From Vicugna vicugna (lineage: Eukaryota): a stretch of DNA of 64,000 nucleotides. The notes under the pieces were generated by a model. It ran no database searches and was not told where the DNA came from. It saw only the letters and a program-made list of their open reading frames with translations. The position numbers and the translations under genes are program-made. Every line of letters begins with the position of its first letter. Positions within the stretch are counted from its first letter, which is position 1. The stretch spans positions 3,199,010 to 3,263,009 of the forward strand of contig MU058384.1 in the NCBI GenBank assembly GCA_013265495.1. Direction: 5' to 3'. Shown piece by piece: positions 1 to 9,720 of the stretch.

Positions 1-3000
1 AAATACCCTCCTCCATCTGCATTTTTTTTTTGATACAAACAAATCACATATAAAAGTTTTTTCCAGAAAAAAAAATAATTTTAACTCTGGAAAGAATTTT
101 AAAAGAAGCTCATAAATCCATGTCAACCAAATAAAAATTGTTTTTTTCTAGCTATGAATTTCTAGTCTTCTCATTTAAGTAAGTCTTGTTGCATTATGAG
201 CAATCGTTGGGACAGTGGTGTTGTCCCTCAGTATAAAGTTGAAAGCTTTTTAAAACTTTTTTGGCAGTAGAAAAAATTAGAAATTTGTCTGGGAACTCTG
301 TCCAGAAGCAGAAGGATGTCTATAGTATTCATTTTTTTAAATGCTATTTCTTAGCAGGATTTCAGTCTGACAGCATTCTCTGCCACTTGACCTCGACAGC
401 AGTTTTGGAGGCATCCCAGGACTCAGAAGTCACATCCCAAGAAGTTCTCAGTGTTTTCATTCTTACAGCTTATCTCAGGCAATTTGACTGGTTCAACATA
501 TTGCAGTTGCTGTGAATGGTGACCAGAAACAGCACACTTGCTCTTCCTCTGACTTTGGAAAAGTCGCAAATGGCTATATATTAAAATATTAGAATCAATG
601 TTAGCATTTCCATATATTTATAAACATATATGTTGGGAGCACTTTTATGCAAACAACTCTTTAAAATACACCTATGGGTAGGATTAAATTTATGTATTAT
701 GAACAAAGGCCATGTACACAGTCTGTTCCACATCCTCCTTCTCTCCCCACCCCCAGCCTCCTTACGAAGTTGTTGTTTTTTCCTAAATGTCTAGCCATAT
801 TTATTACACTTGCCATAATAAAAAGGAGAAAAAAACAAAGTTCTAAAGTGTCTAATTGAAGTACTCACTTCTGGGAACATAAATACTCCAATATTCTGCT
901 ACTTCTTACTATCAAGGATTATAAAATAAAGAATTAAAATTACTAGGAAAATATGAGGGTTTGGAAAATCACTGTTTCTTTCACCAACATCTTAAATAAT
1001 GTTATGTTATGAAAATATATTAATTTCCATTATCATTTTATGTTGTAAAAATTAACATTTCCCAAATATACAAGACCTTTTTACAACCAGTTCTTGACAG
1101 TACTGTTGAGAATATCATTTCAGTAGTTAAGCAGGAGACTCAGATTGGTCTGCAAGTAAAATACAGAATGATAAATATCTACACATTTTGAGTAATAATT
1201 TGTTTCCAGCCTGTTTCCTCTCTTCTTACCCTACTCCCCAAAGTAAAAGAAAAACAAAACTTGAGGCTTGAATTGTCAAGATAATTGCTTCAATTTTATT
1301 ATATATTATAACATTATATAAAGATGAAGGTGAAAATTCAGCCAGTAACAATTTGATTTTATAAACTTTACGTTCAGACTGTTGGTGTTATGCAAAGAAA
1401 ATAAAACATACCTATAAAATAGAAAAATACAATGGTCTAATGAGAAAGGAACGTACCTGACATTTCCTTGTTTTTAGAAATGATGAATCCCAGTCCCCCC
1501 CCCCGCCCCCATCTGAGCACAGATTCTGTAAAAACTCAATCAGCCATGGAAATGCTGATTTTTAAAAACTGCCATTTTGACTTTCCAAGATTCAGTAGCA
1601 GACTCCTGAGTTATCATTTTCTCAAGATAATGTGTGTAAATCTGTGTTTGTTAAGACTCAACAGAACATTCCAAATCCAACGCTGCTTATGAACAGGTGT
1701 GTAATATGTTTTCCTTGGTCTTTATTATTATCTGAAAAATAACGTATTCCCTTTTATTTAGGACTGAAAGGCTTCAAAGAAATATTTTAATGTATTTAAC
1801 TTTATGCAAATATACACGTAAGTTTTAGAACGAACACGTATAAATACCTATAATAAAAAAGCTATGTAATAAATTGACGACATGAGGTTAACATCTCTCT
1901 AATTCTTGTTGCTGTATTCATAGGTTCTCATATTCTAATCTCTTTATGGTATCTATTTATTTATATAGTTTGTGTATAAATAAATACAATTTACTGAATA
2001 TAAAATGAAAATAATACATATGCTACACAAGATATTTGTCTCTAAAAGAAATATTTATCAAACTAAATTCCTTAAGCATCTTAGCAAAGAACACAGCAGT
2101 ATGTGTTAAATTTAGCTATCTAATTGAATATGTTATGATGATACAACAGGCTCCAAAACAAAAACCAGAATTTAATATTCTGTGCTATTTTATATTAAGA
2201 TATCAAATTGTATACAGTGGCTTTAACCATAAAATCATAAAAGAAGTGAATTAATAATAATAAAATACTAATAAGAAATCATCTACTTAGTGGTTGTTAA
2301 AGTATTGGTATTAATGGAGCCACAAATCCAACACGTCAGGACACATGCCAAGAATGTGTGTATAAGTATGCAAATTTTAATATAACTCATCAGTTTACAT
2401 GATTGATCACCAGTGATATTTAAGTCAACCTAAACGTTCCAATCTTGAGGAAAAATGTTTTCAATTTATAGGCTTTCTTTAGGAGGAAAACTCAGTAGAG
2501 GTTTTGGCAATTGAGCAGATGTTTCCAGAGAGGAGGGGGAAAAAAGGCAGTACTGAAGTATGCTCACTAATTGAGCAAAATCCTACGAATAAGCCCCAGA
2601 AGTTCATATCTCCTTTGACTTTTGTCGGTCTTTAAATAATTATAATGAGTCTGTAAGTTCTAGCCAGGCTTGCTGCTTATGCATCATTAAAATCAAACTT
2701 CTACTTCTGCCAGTGTATTAACTTGTCTATATATTTACGTAATTAGCACTTCATCATTTTCTGCTATTCTGGGACTTCCTCTCATCCTCCAATCTCACAT
2801 CCAACATCGCGAAAAGCAGCTACTGCCGCCTCATAAAATTCTGCCGTCCTTCAACTTCTGCAATTTTTCTTGTATGAAAATCAGGTTTTCAAAAGATGAA
2901 GAGAAATACTAGACAGATGATGAGGGTTTGAGATATTATGTAAAACATAGGGAAACAGAGAAAACTAAAACATGTCAGTCGGCCCAGTTCCATCCTCTTG

Positions 3001-3449
3001 GGCCCTCCTAGCACCTATTTAATTGCTAGGATTTCAATTTTAGCATCTCTGACTGCGGGGGCTGCGAGTCCAGCACCCTGGCTACACTTCATCACGCCGG
3101 AAGCGCTGCTGGGAAAGGAGATAATTCCTGCTTGGCTGCAATTTATGTTGACATTTAATTTTTAAAAACTTGTCTTTCTTTCTTTTTTCTTTCTTTTTTT
3201 TTTTTTTTTTTTGAAAAGGCTTCTTTGATCAACCTAACAGCCTCAATGACCCGGCCCCCATTGCTATTGTTGTGAAGTGAATGTTTTACTCAGCAGATAA
3301 AGAAAGAAACTACTTTCTGAGAAGTTCCTCCGTGGTCAACTAGTTTTTAGGCTATTCCTCCGGTTGCACATGACGGAGCATCTTTAGAGATATTTCGGTT
3401 TCCCTTTTATCCCTTTTGTTTTGGAAGAAGGGTTGGGTTAAAAGGTGAA

Positions 3450-5060
3450 GCCCGCAGGGCAGCCTCCTGCCGTTCGGTCTCGGCCAAAGTTTCTGCCGGT
3501 CAAGTTTGAGGCTTGAGCGAGAGAAGCCCGCGGACGTTGCTGATTGACCAGCTCCTCACAGTAGCCTCCTGGCAGGTCAGCCACGCGACATTTACCGCCG
3601 GACTCTTACGAAGAGGTGAGGGTAGAGGGGGGTCGCCCCTGAGCCCAAATCGCCGCGGCCTCGGGCAGAGCGGCAGCTTCTGGAGAGGAACTCGGTGGCT
3701 GGAGCTGAGGAGCAGCGGGTGTCTGGAACCGAGCAGCACGCACCGGACATCGGGTAAGGCAAGGCCTCCGGTAATCTGCAGATGGGAGGGGGTCGGGAAG
3801 AGCCGCGAAGCCTCTGGAGCGCGCGGTGCCCGGGAGCCGGGGCTGCGTCCAGTTTGGGGCTGCAGAACTGAGGCCGTGTGACCGGAGCGCGCGGAGAAGG
3901 CTGGGCAGTTCTTCCGACCCGGTCCCCACGCCGACCCGCTGCTTTTCCTGTGTTGTGCAAAGGCCAAGAAACTCACAGGCTCTTCCCAGAGCCAAGACTG
4001 CTTGACGGGAAGCAGCCCTCGGGCCTTGGGACGCACCTGTTGCCAGAGGACGACCCCCAGCTTCCTGCCGCCACCCACCGCAGCCGCCAGGGCGCGGGGT
4101 GTGGCCCGCTCGCTCCCGCCGCTCCCGGCCCGTCTGAGTTCTGTGAATGGGCCTCCGGCCAGGGCCAAGGTCAAAGCGCTAAGGCCCCTTCGATCTGCTG
4201 CAGGCTCGGCCCAACACCGGCTCCCTTCCTCTCCCCTCCCTGCACTCGCGGAGGGTGGGAGATGGCAAAAACAGCCCTCCGAAAAGAAATCTATCCGCTG
4301 CCCGCGTGAGCTCCGAGCCTACGCCTTCTCGGGTTCGGGGCTTATCCGGAGGGGCTGAGCCCGGGGAGTGAGGGAGTCGCTTGGGAGGGTGAACCCTCAA
4401 GAGTCCCAAGCGACTCCCCGAAGCAAGCGCGCAAGAGCAGCGCCAGCGCTGCCTGGTGGGCATCTCTGCCTTCTGAGCCCTGGAGAGTATCAACCCATTT
4501 TATGGCGAGCAAAGTCGTGGCTCCTTTACTCAGCTCTCCCTCTTTTCCAAGAGCTAGGAAATGGGGAACAAGCCCCCAGGAGAGTCTGGGACTCCTGGAA
4601 GGCCTCGCTAAAAGTGCTTGCCGGGCTGGGGCCCTGGACCCTGAACTAATCCACACTCACACAAAGCGACCCTTGGGGAAAGCAGAGGGAGACCAGGGAG
4701 GGAAGGACGCGCCCCGGATTGCGACCGAGGGCCTCCCGCCAGGACACCGCAGATAAGCCGTTCCAAGCACTGCTGAGTTTACTGGAGCTAAAAACCCTTC
4801 GGGGGTCTAAAGCGTCTCGTCGGTGCAAGCAGAAGCCCCCGAGCCCCTTCGCCCAGCGCTGCCCCCCTCGGAGCTGGCCGAAGCCGGCATCCGTCCCCCT
4901 CTGGGTCGAAAGGCTGCGGAGGAAGGGAGGCTTCCGCTTCCGACTCCCAGAACCCGGCCCCTGTCTTTTCAGCCCCCAAGTGAGGGTCTGTTCCTCCTCC
5001 ACTCCCCCTTTCCCCTGCAACCTTACCTTCTCTATTACTCGGCAGGGCGGGAGCAGGGGT
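3450..5060. promoter_or_regulatory. CpG island 2.5-4 kb upstream of OLIG3
   Basis: Abrupt shift from AT-rich to GC- and CpG-dense sequence with many CGCG/CCGG, by eye. Confidence 0.8.
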
Positions 5061-5799
5061 TAACACTTTGTTTCATATTGTCAATTGAGAAAAATTGGTA
5101 TTTTTTAAAGGTAAAATATCTTTAAGCAGCATTATTTTTCTACTCCTTCATTTGAAACCCTTCTGCTTTAACTAGATTTTGCTACTTCCTGAAATCAAAA
5201 CTGAGGTGCGGCATTCTCACTTTGGGTATGGGAAAGACGGAAGTCGATACCCAAGGGTCAGGAAGGTGGTTCTGGAAGACGACAAGGGCTGGACCTGTGC
5301 ATTGGCCCAAAGGTGGGGAAGCCGCTTTTGCTCCTGGAGATTGTTCTCTGTCCACCCCTCCCTCCACCCCACACTTGATCAGCGGAAAAGTCGAGAAAGG
5401 CTGTGGTCTGGACCATGCCTCTCCCCCCAGCTTCCGTCCATCACCTGGGACGGTGTCCGAATGTATGCAGATGTTCTGAAATCTTTTTGCTCTTTTGCTC
5501 AGAAGCAGCTCGGGGGATGTCACTGAGCGTACATGGGCGAGTCTGGTGAATTATGAAACATTCCTTTTAGAAGTGCATTTGGACAGTCTTTCCATTTCCA
5601 ATCGAATCTCTTGGATTTTCCGTTTTAAGAAACTTTCTTTCTATGGAGATGGAGGCGATAGGATAGGAGGTTTGCATCCAGTCTTCAAGAACACTAAGGT
5701 CCTGGCCTTGACGAGGAATTGTTGGCCATTTCCTTGTTTTTCTTTCTTTCTTTTTTTCTTTTTTCTTTTTCTTTACCGAGAAGCACGTTTCAGTATAGA

Positions 5800-6660
5800 A
5801 AAAGCATCCATTCCAACGTTGCGTCTCCCCATCCGGCTTGTACTGCCAGTGCTGCTTTCGCGGCGTGACTGTCAAAGAGTCACAGCCTCTCAGAGCGCGC
5901 AAACTCCGGACCTGGATTTGTGTCAAGGCAAAGTGAGGCCTCCTCTACTTCTTGAGTCCTGGGGACTTGATGTGACTCTGACGCGCAGTCTGAGGCCCTA
6001 ACTGCTCGAAGTTCCGCGACTCTCGGTTTTGCACTTTCTACCCCGATACTGATACCCTGATACCACAACCTAGCATTTGTCTCGGGTTCCTCTGGCCCAG
6101 GTTCTTCTAGAGGCCGCCTCCGGGGCTGTCTCCCTCTGGGGATTTCTGCCTTCCCGCCCGCTTTTTAGCTAGCCCCGACCGACAAAAACACAGCAAGGGG
6201 GAAGAAAGATCGGCGCCGACCTCCGCACTGGAACCGAAGTCTCCAAACTCCAGGCCTCCTCTTTATCCCCAGAATCGACTGTGCGCTGGACCACAGTGCC
6301 CACGCGCGCACTCACAAGGGGCTCTCCAGATCCTTACGCTGCCGAAACACACACACACACACGCACACACACATATACACACACGTAGTTTATTATTCGA
6401 CTTCCAGCTCCGGCTTTCCCGGACCGCCCGCCTGGGGCGGCCTCAGCCCGAGGGACCAACCCTCCCCAGTCGGGTGGCTGAGCTGCAGATGTTCATTCCC
6501 CCCCACAGTGCGCACGCACTGGGGCCAGAGTCCCTCCAGCGGAGCTCCGGGCGGGGACCGCCTGGCCATCTTTCGCTAGCGCCAGGGTCCAGGGGCTGTG
6601 AGGAAGCCAGAGCAGGAACAATCTCTGGAGTTCAAGCCTTAACTCCCTCCCCGCCTCCTC
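5800..6660. promoter_or_regulatory. CpG-rich block in the OLIG3 upstream region
   Basis: Dense CpG and GC-box-like GGGGCGG/CCGCCC motifs (about 6424-6440 and 6549-6556). Confidence 0.6.
6347..6384. repeat. Imperfect (CA)n microsatellite
   Basis: ACACACACACACACACGCACACACACATATACACACAC. Confidence 0.9.
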
Positions 6661-7495
6661 GGCTACTTTTCCTCTGCTCTCTTTCTCAAGTGGCTCTTAT
6701 TGTAACACCAGGATTTGTTTCCTCAGTTCCAGATGTAAGAAGCTACAGAATCGGGTAAAAATGAAATTCTTTCAGTAATCTGTTTTTCAAAACGAAAGAG
6801 TAGATATAAAAAGCAAGAGAACCATCCCGTGTCAGGGGTAAACCCGTCACCAGAGATGGATATCCTATTAAAATCACACCAGAGGGCCCAGTAAACAAAA
6901 TGAACACAATATCAGTGTTTAGGAAAAGAAACCTAATGAAAAAAAAAAACAACTTCAGGCAGTGCACGTCGACAGGCAACCCCTCCCACCCCCACCCCCA
7001 AACCCCCGCGCGCTGAACCTGCCCTCATCCGCATCTCTGTCCTTAAAACCATTCCATAGAGACTTCTTTTGCCCACTTTTTCCAAAGCTTGGGAGTAGCT
7101 GTGAAAGGGAAGACAGAATGTTTCAATTCCACTTTCCAAACCCAGAGGAATCTCCGCCAAGCGCCTGGCCCCCATTCCTTCTTATCCTTCGGTTCCTTTA
7201 GGTGTGATTTGGTTAGGGAAATTAGGAAGAGGGGGTGGGGTGGAGGAAAGTTAAAAAAAAAAAAATCCAGAAGGCGTGAGTTGGAGCGGTGAGTGTGTCA
7301 ATCAGAAGGTTTTGTGCCTGGGGGCTCCTAGCGGTTCTGAGCAGAGGTGTCCCAGGGCGGCCCCACAATGAATATGAATAGGAATCCTTGCTAAATGGGA
7401 CAGCAAAGCGCACCGCCCTGAATGATGGCACGTCATCCTAACCAGCTCAGGATAGATAGGAGGGTTCCTTTTGTCTCTTTTCTCCACCGCAGCTC

Positions 7496-7502
7496 TATAA
7501 AA
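7496..7502 (+). promoter_or_regulatory. OLIG3 TATA box (TATAAAA); predicted TSS about 7525-7530
   Basis: CTCTATAAAAGC about 255 bp upstream of the ATG. No upstream ATG between the predicted TSS and the start codon. Confidence 0.8.
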
Positions 7503-7699
7503 GCCCCTCTTTTTCAGCGTGAGGTTAGTTCAAGCACACACCATCTAGCTATCTAGGAAACAGCCAAACCAGACAGAGGGGAGTGGGGAGGGAGAAAGGA
7601 AGGGAAAGACAGTGCCTCAGCTTTTCTTCTCACGTCTTGCTGCTGAGAAGTGGGTTGCTGGGTTGTGCAGCCTTTTTTTTTTTTAATTCAAGATTTTCT

Positions 7700-8720
7700 T
7701 TAATTTCCCGCCTAAAGCCTCCGCGCAGTAAGGCCGCATCCCCTGTAATAAAATGAATTCTGATTCGAGCTCTGTCTCCAGCAGAGCTTCATCTCCGGAC
7801 ATGGATGAGATGTATCTGAGGGACCACCACCACCGCCATCACCACCACCAGGAGAGCCGTCTCAACTCGGTCTCGTCCACGCAGGGCGACATGGTTCAGA
7901 AGATGCCGGGGGAAAGCCTCTCGCGGGCCGGTGCCAAGGCCGCGGGCGAGAGCAGTAAGTACAAAATCAAGAAGCAGCTGTCGGAGCAGGACCTACAGCA
8001 GTTGCGGCTGAAGATCAACGGACGGGAGCGCAAGCGGATGCACGACCTGAACCTCGCCATGGACGGGCTGCGCGAGGTCATGCCCTACGCGCACGGGCCC
8101 TCGGTGCGCAAGCTCTCCAAGATCGCCACTCTCCTGCTGGCCAGAAACTACATCCTCATGCTCACCAGCTCCCTGGAGGAGATGAAGAGGTTGGTTGGTG
8201 AGATCTACGGGGGCCACCACTCGGCCTTCCATTGCGGGAGCGTGGGCCACTCGGCCGGCCACCCAGCGCACGCCGCCAACGCCGTGCACCCGGTGCACCC
8301 CATTCTGGGCGGCGCGCTCTCGTCCGGCAATGCTTCGTCACCGCTGTCCGCCGCCTCGCTGCCCGCCATCGGCACCATCCGGCCTCCACACTCGCTGCTC
8401 AAAGCGCCTTCCACTCCGCCCGCACTGCAGCTGGGCAGCGGCTTCCAGCACTGGGCCGGCCTGCCCTGCCCCTGCACCATCTGCCAGATGCCGCCGCCAC
8501 CGCACCTGTCTGCTCTCTCCACTGCCAACATGGCCCGGCTGTCGGCCGAGTCCAAGGACTTGCTCAAGTGAGCAGCAGGCCCGCCTGGCTGCGGAGGATG
8601 AGGGGAGAGCGGCGGGAGGGGTAGAGGTGCCGGGCCGGGAGGGAAGAGGGAGGCTGGGCGCACGGCCGGCTGCAGAGCGGGTACGCGGGGCGCCGAGGCC
8701 TCTCACACCGTCTGAGAGAT
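7700..8720. promoter_or_regulatory. CpG island over the OLIG3 gene body
   Basis: Very high CpG density across the CDS and proximal 3' UTR. Confidence 0.8.
7753..8571 (+). CDS. OLIG3: Oligodendrocyte transcription factor 3 (Olig-family bHLH, 272 aa, single exon)
   Basis: Uninterrupted ATG..TGA ORF. N-terminus [15 protein letters not shown], His tract, Olig-type bHLH ([51 protein letters not shown], about aa 84-134), C-terminal FQHW..CPCTICQ and SKDLLK. Near-identical to mammalian OLIG3 as I recall it. Confidence 0.99.
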   Translation: MNSDSSSVSSRASSPDMDEMYLRDHHHRHHHHQESRLNSVSSTQGDMVQKMPGESLSRAGAKAAGESSKYKIKKQLSEQDLQQLRLKINGRERKRMHDLNLAMDGLREVMPYAHGPSVRKLSKIATLLLARNYILMLTSSLEEMKRLVGEIYGGHHSAFHCGSVGHSAGHPAHAANAVHPVHPILGGALSSGNASSPLSAASLPAIGTIRPPHSLLKAPSTPPALQLGSGFQHWAGLPCPCTICQMPPPPHLSALSTANMARLSAESKDLLK

Positions 8721-9720
8721 CTCAGACCCCACTTGACCCGCAGAGGGAAAGGACTAAAATCAAACTGCAATTTCTAAGTGGTAGCGAAGGGGGACTCGAA
8801 CCAGACGTCGTATGTCTTGCATGCATGCTTCTTTTCTCCATGCCGCGCCAGTATTTCTCACTGCCATGTGCTCTTGTCAAAACTGCATTTGTTGTGTAAA
8901 GACGGGATCGGTGTAGTTAAAAAGTTGCGAAGGGACTTTAGAGTTGGCTTTCTCTGGCTCTGTGTTCTCACCTTAGAAAAAACCAACATCCCTTTTGTCG
9001 AGAGAAATGTAAATATTTCTTTTGAGATGGATGCAGTTTTGATTGTCTACCCTCTCCACGGTTGTTCTTCTAGAGACAATGTAGGGGGAGGGAGAGAATC
9101 AAGACTCAAGTTTTAAATTTCACCTCCGGTCCAGGGCATGACATCTCTCACGCGGGTTTTCCTTAAGACGCAGTGTAGGTCGAAAGAGTGCATGCACGCT
9201 TCTAAATGAATCTCGTCTAAACATGTTGTGCAGGCCGTAACGCCATTTTCCTTGTAACAAGGATTTATTAGTGAATTCTCCGAAGTATCCCATATATCTG
9301 TCTGTGGTTGTAGGAAATGAAAAAGGGGGCAGAGTGCAAAGACCCAAACTCACGCACATGCGCTTCTCCCCCATCCCACCCCCTTCAAACTCCCTTCCCA
9401 ACCTTCCTGGGCTGTTTCAGGGGCCCGCTATTGCAAGAGCTTGGGCTCCCTCTACTAGCTTGCCCCCCCCCCCCACCTTGCTCAGTTATTCTGCATGCGG
9501 GGTTGGCTCTCTCTAGCATCAGCTTTGAAAACTTGTCTGATTTGGGGAGGGGTGCTTTTTTTTTTTAATTTTCCTGAACATTTGCTTGAAATATTTTGTT
9601 AGGGCTTCAAAGACAAGACCTGTCTTTATTTTTTATATATTCTTGATAACTATGATATATTTATTAATAACCAGTGTTTCTGGACGAGGTTTCAAATAAA
9701 AAAGAACCTTTAAATCCTGG
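8572..9720 (+). other. OLIG3 3' UTR (predicted)
   Basis: Spans the stop codon to the predicted cleavage site after AATAAA at 9695; no repeats recognised. Confidence 0.75.
9695..9700 (+). terminator. OLIG3 polyadenylation signal (AATAAA)
   Basis: AATAAA preceded by U-rich sequence (9624-9640) and followed by a U/GU-rich tract (CTTTGCCTTTG, 9721-9731). Gives a ~2.2 kb single-exon mRNA. Confidence 0.8.

Noticed and set aside
3500..5125. Many overlapping 90-224 aa ORFs on both strands
   Set aside because: Stop-codon depletion in a CpG island; Arg/Pro/Gly/Ala-rich translations, mostly non-ATG starts and no recognisable domain.
8195..8899. 234-codon +1-frame ORF overlapping the OLIG3 C-terminus (first ATG at 8330)
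   Set aside because: Expected from GC-rich codon usage, and many upstream ATGs make initiation implausible. Relevant only in that a frameshift allele would give an extended tail.
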